This document shows, piece by piece, positions 7,672-15,481 of a stretch of DNA of 25,573 nucleotides. This DNA comes from a virus. Taxonomy: Duplodnaviria; Caudoviricetes. Position 1 is the stretch's first letter, and every line of letters begins with the position of its first letter. A program made the translations under genes and the position numbers. The notes beneath the pieces are model-generated. The model made no database searches. It saw only the letters and a program-made list of their open reading frames with translations, and was not told where the DNA came from. The DNA lies in IMG/VR virus record IMGVR_UViG_3300010361_000404, positions 1 through 25,573 of that record. The stretch is one strand, 5' to 3'.

Positions 7672-7703
7672 TATTGCCTTAGAGGCAATAGTCTGCCTAC
7701 CCT
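7672..7703 (+). promoter_or_regulatory. Operator 3 and PL-like promoter
   Basis: TATTGCCT-TAG-AGGCAATA palindrome (7672-7690), and TTGCCT-N18-TACCCT upstream of the gp157-bet operon. Confidence 0.7.
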
Positions 7704-7731
7704 GACGCTCCGATCTTCAGGGAGAAGTGAG

Positions 7732-8349
7732 ATGGCAGAAGCCACTCCAGCATTGCGTCGGCGGCAAGAGGGCAACGCACCTGGACCTGAAGCCATTATG
7801 CGCTGCGTCACTGCTCTTATGCGGGCACGCTCCGCGCTCCAGCATGATGACGACCTAGCCGATGACGAACGAGTCCTAGCGGTCGCGCTCGATATCGACC
7901 CCAACATATGCCCGCCGGATGAAATATTGCGGCGCATGATAAAGGCCATCGTATTTGCTGAAGCGCGCCGCGACGAAGCCAAGACCTTCGCCGATCAGAT
8001 GCGGGGACGCCAGCAACGCTACGCTGACCGGGCGATGGTGCTGCGCGTCGAGTTGCTGGACATAATGCTTGCGCTGGAGCGCTCCAGCTTCGCCGGCTCA
8101 CCGTTCCGCACCGCGTCGGTGGTGAAAGGCAAGCAAGGCGCACTCATTACCGATGAGGGTGCAATCCCCGACGAATACAAGGTGGTCATCCCAGCCACCA
8201 CGCGCCCCGACATGAAACACCTGCTTGCCGATCTGAAAGAGGGTGTGGTGATCGATGGCGTGGTGCTGTCCAACGGCGCACCACACTTGATGCTGAAAGG
8301 CGATAAGCCGCTGGAGGATGAGCCGGCAGCGCTGGAGGTCGCAGAGTAA
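7732..8349 (+). CDS. Siphovirus Gp157-family protein
   Basis: Coiled-coil core followed by ITDEGAIPDEY...PDMKHLLADLKEGVVIDGVVLSNG. RBS GGGAG; adjacent to the recombinase. Confidence 0.75.
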   Translation: MAEATPALRRRQEGNAPGPEAIMRCVTALMRARSALQHDDDLADDERVLAVALDIDPNICPPDEILRRMIKAIVFAEARRDEAKTFADQMRGRQQRYADRAMVLRVELLDIMLALERSSFAGSPFRTASVVKGKQGALITDEGAIPDEYKVVIPATTRPDMKHLLADLKEGVVIDGVVLSNGAPHLMLKGDKPLEDEPAALEVAE

Positions 8350-9539
8350 TGGCACGCGCAGCACAAGCCTCAGGCACGGCCGTGGCAGTGCGGCCGCGAC
8401 AGCCAGCGGATTTCAAAGGCACCCCCGCGCAATGGCGCGTGCTCACCGAGACGGTGTGGCCATCTGCGCGCACTGCTGAAGCGATCCAGCTTGCGATTGC
8501 CTATTGCGGCGCGCGCCACCTCGATCCGTTCAAGCGGCCGGTGCACATCGTGCCGGTGTGGAACAAAGCGCTACGCCGCGAGGTCGAGACGGTGTGGCCG
8601 GGGATCAATGAATTGCTCACCACGGCCGCGCGCTCAAAAGCCTTTGCCGGCGTGGACGAAGCCGTGAACGGGCCGGTGGAAACCCGCACGTTTGAAGGCG
8701 CCGTGGACGATGAGAATAACCGGCGCCATGTCAAGGTCACGGTGACCTTCCCGGTATCGTGCTCGGTGCGTGTCTGGCGCCACGTGCAAGGCGAGCGCCG
8801 CCCATTCACGGTGCCGGTGTATTGGATGGAAACATACGCGCACCGGGGATTTTACTCGGAACTACCCAACGCGATGTGGGAGAAACGGCCCTACGGCCAG
8901 CTTGCAAAGTGTGCGCTCGCCGCGTCGCTGCGCGCTGCCTTCCCCGAGGATCTGGGCAGCGAGTATGCGGCAGAGGAAATGGAAGGGCGCGAGGTGGAGT
9001 CCGGTGGCGTCGTCATCGATGGCAACGTGGAGCGCGAGGAAGCCGGCGACACCACCACCACCAGCGAAGAACCAGGCGCGCTGAAATTGATGCTGCTCGA
9101 TGAAACCAACGGCACAATTTGGATGAAGCACCTGCGCGGGCTGGCCGATGCAGCGGCCAGTGATGATGAGGTGGTGCAGATCGGTGGCCACCCATCGGTG
9201 CTCGCCAAGCTCGCGCGCGACAGCAAGTTCCCGAAGGCGCTGCAAGAGGAAATCACCGAGCTGCTGCGCAAGGCACATGAGCGCTTCGCGCCAGCCGCAG
9301 ATCAGGGCACGGACTCTGGCGACGGTGACACCGGCCAGACATGGGATGGTGATCCGATCGGCGAGCTGCTTGCGGAGGTCGATCAGATGGACGCAATCAC
9401 GCTCGATGGCTTGCAGACCAATGCGGCATGGCGCGCCAAGGTGAAAGCGGCAAGCAGCGATTTCCCGCCAGATGAGCAGCGCTTGAGGGAACACATCGAG
9501 GCGCGCGTGGCCGCGCTGAAAGCAGGGGGGACACAATGA
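8349..9539 (+). CDS. bet: Phage single-strand annealing recombinase Bet (RecT/Redbeta family)
   Basis: YCGARHLDPFKRPVHIVPVW...PGINELLTTAARS...NAMWEKRPYGQLAKCALAASLRAAFPE...YAAEEM, plus an acidic C-terminal extension. Confidence 0.9.
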   Translation: MARAAQASGTAVAVRPRQPADFKGTPAQWRVLTETVWPSARTAEAIQLAIAYCGARHLDPFKRPVHIVPVWNKALRREVETVWPGINELLTTAARSKAFAGVDEAVNGPVETRTFEGAVDDENNRRHVKVTVTFPVSCSVRVWRHVQGERRPFTVPVYWMETYAHRGFYSELPNAMWEKRPYGQLAKCALAASLRAAFPEDLGSEYAAEEMEGREVESGGVVIDGNVEREEAGDTTTTSEEPGALKLMLLDETNGTIWMKHLRGLADAAASDDEVVQIGGHPSVLAKLARDSKFPKALQEEITELLRKAHERFAPAADQGTDSGDGDTGQTWDGDPIGELLAEVDQMDAITLDGLQTNAAWRAKVKAASSDFPPDEQRLREHIEARVAALKAGGTQ

Positions 9540-9784
9540 GCACGGCACCGACACACCGCAGGCCCAAGGTGCAGAATCACGAAATCCTAGTAATGGTAAA
9601 GCTGGCCGATCTGTATGCAACGCTACGGCCAGACGCACGCCACCGCGTGCACGAGCACCTCGGGCAATTGCTCGATAATCTGCCGGTGATTGCCTCGGTC
9701 GGCGCAGCAGACGAAAGCGAGGAAGACGGGCCACTGCTATTCCATCGCAACCGGGAGAGGGCCGATGGCGAGCAGATTGCGTGA
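9536..9784 (+). CDS. Hypothetical protein (82 aa)
   Basis: ATGA-coupled to bet and part of the operon. Confidence 0.65.
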   Translation: MSTAPTHRRPKVQNHEILVMVKLADLYATLRPDARHRVHEHLGQLLDNLPVIASVGAADESEEDGPLLFHRNRERADGEQIA

Positions 9785-10040
9785 GGCATTGCTGCAAGCC
9801 ACGGTGCCGGCGCCCACCATGCTCAATACGCACGATCTTGCGCAGCTTATGCGCATCAGCGAGTCGAGTGTTACGCGCTGGGCACGCTTCGGCACTGAGG
9901 GATTTCCTAAGCCGGTCGTGTCCGATGGCACCAAGCTGCGCCTATGGCTGACCAAGGATTACAACTCCTGGGTGGCTGGCAGGGAGCAGCGCAATAGTGT
10001 GCCGATGGCGCCACGCAGTAAGCATCGCCGGGCGCGGTGA
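9765..10040 (+). CDS. AlpA/excisionase-like winged-HTH protein
   Basis: MLNTHDLAQLMRISESSVTRWARFGTEGFPKPV...RLWLTKDYNSWV. RBS GGGAGAGG; lies upstream of att/int. Confidence 0.75.
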   Translation: MASRLREALLQATVPAPTMLNTHDLAQLMRISESSVTRWARFGTEGFPKPVVSDGTKLRLWLTKDYNSWVAGREQRNSVPMAPRSKHRRAR

Positions 10041-10252
10041 TGAGCGGCCGTCTGATCCAGCCATCGCTCGATGACATGATCCGCGAGGTGCGCCGCGAGC
10101 TGGAGCAGCGCGGCCGCCTGTATCCCGAATGGGCACGCACCGGCAAAGCGAACAAGCGCCGGCTGGATTGGCAATTCGATGTAATGCAAGCATTGCTTAA
10201 CAAACTGGAGGCGGAACGCGATGGGCTGGGAGAGCGACACGAAGCGCAGTGA
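10037..10252 (+). CDS. Conserved-looking small phage protein (71 aa)
   Basis: IREVRRELEQRGRLYPEWARTGK...MQALLNKL; start overlaps the upstream stop. Confidence 0.7.
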   Translation: MMSGRLIQPSLDDMIREVRRELEQRGRLYPEWARTGKANKRRLDWQFDVMQALLNKLEAERDGLGERHEAQ

Positions 10253-10427
10253 CGGGCTCTATATTTACCGGCACGCCGATAACAGGTGGGCCATTCACCA
10301 CCGTGGCAAGGTCAGCACGGTGTGCCCCTGCTGCGGCAAGTCAATACCGACCCAGCGCATCGCTCGCATAGTCGCCGATGCATTCTGGCCGCAGCCGAAT
10401 GGTCAGCTTCCCGTGGATCTGGAGTAA
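10221..10427 (+). CDS. Hypothetical protein with CPCC motif (68 aa)
   Basis: RBS GGAGG upstream; its stop overlaps the next start (TAATG). Confidence 0.6.
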   Translation: MGWESDTKRSDGLYIYRHADNRWAIHHRGKVSTVCPCCGKSIPTQRIARIVADAFWPQPNGQLPVDLE

Positions 10428-10831
10428 TGGCAGCGGCCGAGCCGCGCACGCTCGCACTGGCAGCCGGTGCCGCGACGCGCGCCTATACCGAGGTGAAGGC
10501 ACTGGTGAAGCACACCGACACCATGCCGCCCCCGATCGCGGTGCAGGGTCGTGTGATTATCGAGGAACTGGACTTGCTGCGCTTTTATCTGCGCGAGCAG
10601 ACGCTGCTCGGTGTCATCGAGCCGGCGCCGGCAGAGGCCGCTGTGACAGCGCTACAGCGGCAGCGCACGCGCCGCGCTACTGCGGCAGCGCTGAAGCTCC
10701 AGGCGCCGGCAAGCGGCAAGGCAAAGGGCGGCCACGCGCGCGCAGCGTCGCTGGCGCCGGCCAAGCGCAAGGCAATCGCGCAGAAGGCAGCGAAAGCACG
10801 ATGGGGATGGAAACAGTTGGGGAGGAAGTGA
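10427..10831 (+). CDS. Hypothetical protein with basic C-terminal GG-ARA...AA-ARW motif (134 aa)
   Basis: Start re-called at MAAAEPR (TAATG coupling). C-terminus is GKAKGGHARAASLAPAKRKAIAQKAAKARWG. Confidence 0.7.
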   Translation: MAAAEPRTLALAAGAATRAYTEVKALVKHTDTMPPPIAVQGRVIIEELDLLRFYLREQTLLGVIEPAPAEAAVTALQRQRTRRATAAALKLQAPASGKAKGGHARAASLAPAKRKAIAQKAAKARWGWKQLGRK

Positions 10832-11013
10832 TGCCCGAGCAGCACGAGCAATGGTGGCACGTCTATGTGCGCTGGGATGATGGTGAGCGCGAAATGATCC
10901 GCACCAAGCTGCCGCGCATGTTGGAGGGCAGTGACCGCATGGTGGTGATGGCGTGTTTGCCGGAACCGCGGATCAGGCGCCTGCTGCCGGCGAGGTGGAG
11001 GCGCGCACAATGA
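10831..11013 (+). CDS. Hypothetical protein (60 aa)
   Basis: Starts MPEQHEQWWHV with RBS GGAGG; TGATG and ATGA coupling at the two ends. Confidence 0.6.
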   Translation: MPEQHEQWWHVYVRWDDGEREMIRTKLPRMLEGSDRMVVMACLPEPRIRRLLPARWRRAQ

Positions 11014-11615
11014 CGATGGAGGAAATACTAAGCGCGAGTGGCCGCGACCCTGAGCGGTATTATACCGGCCACGTGCTGGCGCCGCTTGAGCAGCACGTGA
11101 CGGTCACGGCACACGGCAAAACCAAGCGGCTGCCGTGGCGCCTGGAGGTGTGGCATCATTCGCCCACCGGCTTGTCGTGGGGCTATGGCGGCAGCGGGCC
11201 GGCGCAGTGCGCGCTTGCCATTCTGTGTGACGTGATCGGCCCCAGGCGCGCCGTGCGCTTGCATCAGCAATTCAAATGGCACTGCATTGCACCTCTTGCC
11301 ATCGATGAGGGCTGGACCATGACGGCGCGCGAGGTGCTGTTTTGGGTCGCCTTCGCAGAGCACGAGGACTGCACCATCCCCAACGAAGCCACTGAAGACC
11401 TTCCCAAAGCATGGCCGGCGAGGGTTGCGGGGGTCGTTTGCCAGCGGTGCGGCGCTCCGTTTGTCGCGCGGCGATGCGACGCTAAATATTGCTCTGCCGC
11501 GTGCCGGATGGCAGCCGTGCTTGGGAGGCGCAAAGCGGCGCGCCGCGCCGGCCAGGTCGCGCAGAGTGGCGACTCAGGTGGTGACTCGGAACCGCCTTCC
11601 CGTGCCACATCCTAG
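11010..11615 (+). CDS. DUF6166-like protein fused to a C-terminal zinc finger
   Basis: HHSPTGLSWGYGGSGPAQCALAIL signature and CQRCG...AKYCSAACR. Confidence 0.7.
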   Translation: MTMEEILSASGRDPERYYTGHVLAPLEQHVTVTAHGKTKRLPWRLEVWHHSPTGLSWGYGGSGPAQCALAILCDVIGPRRAVRLHQQFKWHCIAPLAIDEGWTMTAREVLFWVAFAEHEDCTIPNEATEDLPKAWPARVAGVVCQRCGAPFVARRCDAKYCSAACRMAAVLGRRKAARRAGQVAQSGDSGGDSEPPSRATS

Positions 11616-11806
11616 CGTTTTCAAGCGGTTGGGCCGTGACCCGGCGTTGTTCACCACAATGCCGTGCCGCGCGCAGTGCATAGCACCGATCCGCTAACCC
11701 GTTGATTTGTGGTGGGTCGCCCGCTAGCTTCCAATGCAGTCACCGCAATTCGGTGCGCTGGAGCGCACCCGAGGTGGTGATAGAGGTGGTGAGAGTCTCA
11801 CCACCT
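11564..11806. promoter_or_regulatory. Putative attP region: integrase arm repeats, IHF sites and core
   Basis: AGGTGGTGA at 11576, 11772 and 11784, with an inverted copy at 11798. Exact IHF consensus AATCAACGGGTTA on the minus strand (11695-11707) and a 1-mismatch site at 11619-11631. A tRNA-3'-like CGACCCACCA lies on the minus strand at 11710-11719. Confidence 0.65.
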
Positions 11807-11869
11807 GCGTGAAACAGATGCGGCGCCACACTGCGAATGCGGCGCCGCTCAAAGGAAGGCAAAGTATCA

Positions 11870-12070
11870 ATGTTCACTCCCAAGCTTACCCTCTCCACCG
11901 TGCGTGCGCAATTGCGCGAAATTGGCGTGGTGATCGCGCGCACCGAGTATGCCGAATACCGCGTGAATTTCCGCGCCGGCCGCGAAGCCACGGCATACTA
12001 CACCCCATCGCTGCTCGACGCGCTGGAGACTGGCCGCGCGATGGTGGCCCAGCAGCGGGAGGTGGTGTGA
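11870..12070 (+). CDS. Hypothetical protein (66 aa) translationally coupled to the integrase
   Basis: RBS AAGGAAGG; sequence MFTPKLTLSTVRAQLREIG...EYRVNF...AYYT; TGATG overlap with int. Confidence 0.7.
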   Translation: MFTPKLTLSTVRAQLREIGVVIARTEYAEYRVNFRAGREATAYYTPSLLDALETGRAMVAQQREVV

Positions 12071-13332
12071 TGCTCACCGACCGCGCAATTGCAGCCCTGA
12101 AGCCGAAGCCGAAAGCCCATCGCGTTACCGACGCGGCGGGCCTTTTCCTGATGGTGATGCCGGGGGGCACGAAAGTGTGGCGCTGCATCTATACCGTGGC
12201 CGGCAAGCGCAAGCTGCACAAGCTTGGCGAATACCCGGCCATGTCGCTGCTCGATGCACGGCGCGCTCGCCTCGATGTGCGGCACGCGGTGCAGCAAGGT
12301 GGCGACCCCAGCCTGGAGCGCAGCGCGGCCAAGCTGGAGCGCATCGAGCGCAACGGCCAGACATTCGAGCCGATGACGCGCCTCTGGCACGCGGCGCGCG
12401 AAAGCCGCTGGCAGCCTGCCTATGCCAAGCAGATGATGCAGCGCCTGGAGGCACACGCCTTCCCGGCCATCGGCAAGCTGCCTATCAGCGAGGTGACGCG
12501 GCGCGATATCAAGGCGCTGCTCGATGCCTGCCGGGAAAAGAGCGGCGCTTTCCAGGCCGATCATGTGCGGCAGCATCTGGTGTGCGCCTTCAATGAGTGG
12601 CTGGATGATGAATTGATCGAGCGCAACCCCGCCGATCGGCTGGCAGAGCACACCGCACCACCGCGCAGGAAGCCGCAGCCGGCCGTCCTAGAGGTCGCCG
12701 AGGTGCACAAGGTGCTGGCCGATTTCGAGGCCTCTGGCGTCAGCCCGTCGCTGAAGCTGTTGCACCGTTTCCAGGCGCTCACTGGTGTGCGGCCGAGCGA
12801 GGCGCGACTGGCGCGGTGGGAGGAATTCGCCAAGCCTGGAGTGTGGCGGATTCCGGCAGAGCGCATGAAAGGCCGGCGCGGCCGGAAGCTGCCGCACACG
12901 GTGTTCCTGTCGCCGCAGGCAATCGAGGTGGTAGAAGTGGCGCGCACGCTGGCGCCGATCGGCGCCGAGTGGGTATTCGCCACCGACAATTTCGGCACGC
13001 ACCGGCACCAGTCGTTTAACCGCTCGACGCTGGCCGATGCCATGCAGCGCGTGCTTGGCAAGCGGCTGCACGTGGCGCACGGCTGGCGCGCGTCGTTCCT
13101 CACCTTAATGGCGCAGCGGCATCCCCGCGACGAAAAGCTGCTTGATGCCATGCTGGCACACGAGACCAAGGGGCAGGTGGAGCGGCTTTACAATCGCACC
13201 AGCACGGAAAGCTACGCCGACACGCTGCGGCGCTTTTGGAGCGAATGGGCCGACTTGCTGCTAGACGGTGCGCCGTCTGCCTGGAGGCTGGCCGGCGACA
13301 ACGTGGTGGAGCTGCGGAGGGCCGCAGCGTGA
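12070..13332 (+). CDS. int: Tyrosine integrase, P4/IntA-like (420 aa)
   Basis: Arm-binding N-terminus MLTDRAIAALKPKPKAHRVTDAAGLFLMV. Catalytic motifs LTGVRPSEA, RMK, HGWR, LAH and LYNR. RBS GGAGG. Confidence 0.95.
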   Translation: MLTDRAIAALKPKPKAHRVTDAAGLFLMVMPGGTKVWRCIYTVAGKRKLHKLGEYPAMSLLDARRARLDVRHAVQQGGDPSLERSAAKLERIERNGQTFEPMTRLWHAARESRWQPAYAKQMMQRLEAHAFPAIGKLPISEVTRRDIKALLDACREKSGAFQADHVRQHLVCAFNEWLDDELIERNPADRLAEHTAPPRRKPQPAVLEVAEVHKVLADFEASGVSPSLKLLHRFQALTGVRPSEARLARWEEFAKPGVWRIPAERMKGRRGRKLPHTVFLSPQAIEVVEVARTLAPIGAEWVFATDNFGTHRHQSFNRSTLADAMQRVLGKRLHVAHGWRASFLTLMAQRHPRDEKLLDAMLAHETKGQVERLYNRTSTESYADTLRRFWSEWADLLLDGAPSAWRLAGDNVVELRRAAA

Positions 13333-13661
13333 TGCGGCTGGTGTTGCTGGCAGGCGCGGTGCTGGCCGCGTCTGCCGCGCACGCGCAGGTGCAGATTGGC
13401 CCCAATGGCGCCGTTACCTGCCCCGGTGGGTATTACGCGCAGACTCTGAGCGGCGAGCTGCGCATTGTCTGCCCCACCACCATCACGCCAGAGGAAGCGC
13501 ACCGCTTTAATCGGGAGCAGGCGCAGCGCTGGCAGAGTCAGCAGGATGCTTATCGCCAGTCTATTATCGAAAGCGGCGTGTGCGATCGGCCCGGTGTGCC
13601 GTCGTATCAGGTGCCGCCGATCTGCGGCGACATAAAGCGCGAGCGCGCCAAGCCGGAATAA
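13332..13661 (+). CDS. Small secreted cysteine-containing protein (109 aa)
   Basis: Signal peptide MRLVLLAGAVLAASAAHA, four Cys in the mature part, and TGATG coupling to int. Confidence 0.7.
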   Translation: MRLVLLAGAVLAASAAHAQVQIGPNGAVTCPGGYYAQTLSGELRIVCPTTITPEEAHRFNREQAQRWQSQQDAYRQSIIESGVCDRPGVPSYQVPPICGDIKRERAKPE

Positions 13662-13676
13662 GAGCGCGCCGCGAAC

Positions 13677-13719
13677 ACAAAGGGGGCGCCTCTCGGTGTG
13701 GGAGGCGCCCCAGTCTTTT
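13677..13719. terminator. Probable bidirectional intrinsic terminator
   Basis: GGGGCGCCTC...GAGGCGCCCC stem with an A-run before and TCTTTT after, located between convergent operons. Confidence 0.75.
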
Positions 13720-13743
13720 ACGATAGCCCCCGGCGGGAGTGCG

Positions 13744-14010
13744 CTATCGTTCTTCAGAGGCTAGCGGCGGCAGCGTGCTGGCGCCAGGGGCGAGCGGCCG
13801 GGGGCGTTCGCGGTGCGATGGCACCGCTGCCTCGCGCGGCTCAAAACGTGGCGGGAGTTCAAGGCTGCGCCGCTTGCGCCAGATCGCTGCCTTGCTTCGC
13901 CCCAGCCTTTCGCCGATGACGCGCACGCGCTTCCCGTCCAGCCATAGCTTGCGCAGCAGCTCCTCCTCTTCGACGCTCCAGGCTTCGGGTGCCGGCTGAT
14001 TGTAGGGCAT
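13744..14010 (-). CDS. GcrA-like protein, N-terminal DNA-binding domain only (88 aa)
   Basis: WSVEEEELLRKLWLDGKRVRVIGERLGRSKAAIWRKRRSLEL parallels the GcrA N-terminus (WT.ER...LKKLW.DG.SASQIA..LG..RNAVIGK..RLGL). RBS GGGGAGAGG. Confidence 0.72.
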   Translation of the reverse strand: MPYNQPAPEAWSVEEEELLRKLWLDGKRVRVIGERLGRSKAAIWRKRRSLELPPRFEPREAAVPSHRERPRPLAPGASTLPPLASEER

Positions 14011-14066
14011 GGCGCCTCTCCCCTTTCCATGTGCCGTCATTGCCTCCAGGCGGGCGCTGGCGCCGT

Positions 14067-14276
14067 CTAGCGGCTGGCAGGTGTGGCAGGTGCGGCCGGC
14101 TGGCCGGCGCCGTCTGGCGTGCTCTGCGGCGCCGCTGGTGGCCACGGCTCGCAGTGCACCACCGCGCGCAGTGCGAAGATGTAGCAAACCGGGTAGCCAA
14201 CCGGGTCGCAGCCGGAAAGCGGCAGCAGGATCGCGGCGAGCAGTAGCCGCCTAGATATACTGGCCGCCGCTGCCAA
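14067..14276 (-). CDS. Putative small proline-rich lipoprotein (69 aa)
   Basis: An in-frame TTG start gives MAAAASISRRLLLAAILLPLSG-C (basic residues, hydrophobic core, LSGC lipobox). The start position is uncertain. Confidence 0.5.
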   Translation of the reverse strand: MAAAASISRRLLLAAILLPLSGCDPVGYPVCYIFALRAVVHCEPWPPAAPQSTPDGAGQPAAPATPASR

Positions 14277-15288
14277 CGGTGCCCGGTGCGCTGCCAGGGA
14301 AAAACGTCGCTCCACCACCCCCGGTATTGATGATGCCGTTAAGGCTGGCGCTGTAACGCGGTCCAGATGCCGTGCCAGTAAAGTGGGTGTTCGCGGCGAT
14401 TGCTTGTATGAAACCCGAGCTTGCGGCAACGAAGCCATTTGCGAAAGCCGGTGTCCCGGAAAGCGTCACGGTCAGGCTGGCGCCTGAATAACTCACGATC
14501 GAGCCATACCCGGCCAGGATGTGAGACTGCGCCCCGCCGGCAATCGCATATGAGCTTAGGAAGGTGACGCTGCCGCCATCACCGAATGCGTGCTGGCCGG
14601 GGCAGGCGGCAAACGTCACTGCCCCCTCGACGGTTACGTTTGATGAGCCGGTGGCCACGATGCAGCACGCGGCATTGCCCAGCGTGTCGGTGCCCGTCCC
14701 TGTCATCTGAAAACCGGATATGCCGATAAAGGCGCCGTTGGAGGCCTCAAAGCAGTGCCCGTTGGTGACCGACACCACGCAATTGCCGGGCGCGCCGACA
14801 TTGCCGACAAAATTCACGGTATTGCCGGTGCCGTAGCCGAGTGGCGCGCCTGCTGCGAGCAGCCCTTGCGTATAGGTGCCATCGGCCACATTCACGATGA
14901 CGTTGTGACCGTTGAGGTCGATGTAGCCGACCACATTGTTCCAGGCATGTTGCAGGGTGCGCCACGCTGTCGCACTCGATTGCCCGTCGTTTGCATCGTT
15001 GCCGGTGGTCGAGACATAAAGGTTGAGGTTTGCGCTGAGTCTGTTACGCCCCAGCCGCTGGATTGCCTGAAGCAATTGGGTCCTGTCGCCCTTGTCCAGT
15101 GTCAGCCCAGCGGCAAGCACCACATTGGCCAGTTCCTCTTGCGTCATGTTGAGCCATTCGGCTTCAACTATGGTTGCATCAACACCGGCCGGTGGCGTGC
15201 CGCCGAAAAAATAGCTGTTGGGCTGCGGCCCCGGCGAGGTGGCCGTGGGCAGCGACGCAACGGCAGACGCATTGTCAATCCGATACAT
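14251..15288 (-). CDS. Tail fibre protein, Mu gpS-like N-terminal baseplate anchor (345 aa)
   Basis: MYRIDNASA...ATIVEAEWLNMTQEELANVVLAAGLTLDKGDRTQLLQAI, then LYVSTTGNDANDG...WRTLQHA (start of a beta-helix-type domain). RBS AAGGA. Confidence 0.85.
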   Translation of the reverse strand: MYRIDNASAVASLPTATSPGPQPNSYFFGGTPPAGVDATIVEAEWLNMTQEELANVVLAAGLTLDKGDRTQLLQAIQRLGRNRLSANLNLYVSTTGNDANDGQSSATAWRTLQHAWNNVVGYIDLNGHNVIVNVADGTYTQGLLAAGAPLGYGTGNTVNFVGNVGAPGNCVVSVTNGHCFEASNGAFIGISGFQMTGTGTDTLGNAACCIVATGSSNVTVEGAVTFAACPGQHAFGDGGSVTFLSSYAIAGGAQSHILAGYGSIVSYSGASLTVTLSGTPAFANGFVAASSGFIQAIAANTHFTGTASGPRYSASLNGIINTGGGGATFFPGSAPGTVGSGGQYI

Positions 15289-15481
15289 CGGTGGATTCCT
15301 TGTGAGACACCAGCATCCGCCGCTGGAGCTGCTCCATGAGCCGGTCAAACACCGGGCGCGATGTCTTGAGCGGCAATTCAGCAAGCCCCGCCAGCACCAC
15401 GTCCCATTCGCGCGCTTCGAGGTTGAGGTCGATGACAGCGTTAGGATGCAGCGGCTCATAACGTGGTGACATATCGTTCAT
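15275..15481 (-). CDS. Hypothetical protein (68 aa), possible fibre chaperone
   Basis: ATGA-coupled to the upstream gene; sequence LEAREWDVVLAGLAELPLKTSRPVFDRLMEQL. Confidence 0.65.
   Translation of the reverse strand: MNDMSPRYEPLHPNAVIDLNLEAREWDVVLAGLAELPLKTSRPVFDRLMEQLQRRMLVSHKESTDVSD

Noticed and set aside
11700-11770. tRNA gene at the att site
   Set aside because: Only a 10-nt match to a tRNA-like 3' end; there is no T-loop or cloverleaf.
11734-12069. 112-aa N-terminal extension of the integrase in the ORF track
   Set aside because: It overlaps the att repeats and a better 66-aa ORF. The family-typical start MLTD at 12070 has a GGAGG RBS.
13744-14438. Lysis cassette after the tail genes
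   Set aside because: No endolysin or holin motifs were found; only one possible lipoprotein. Lysis genes probably lie outside the window.
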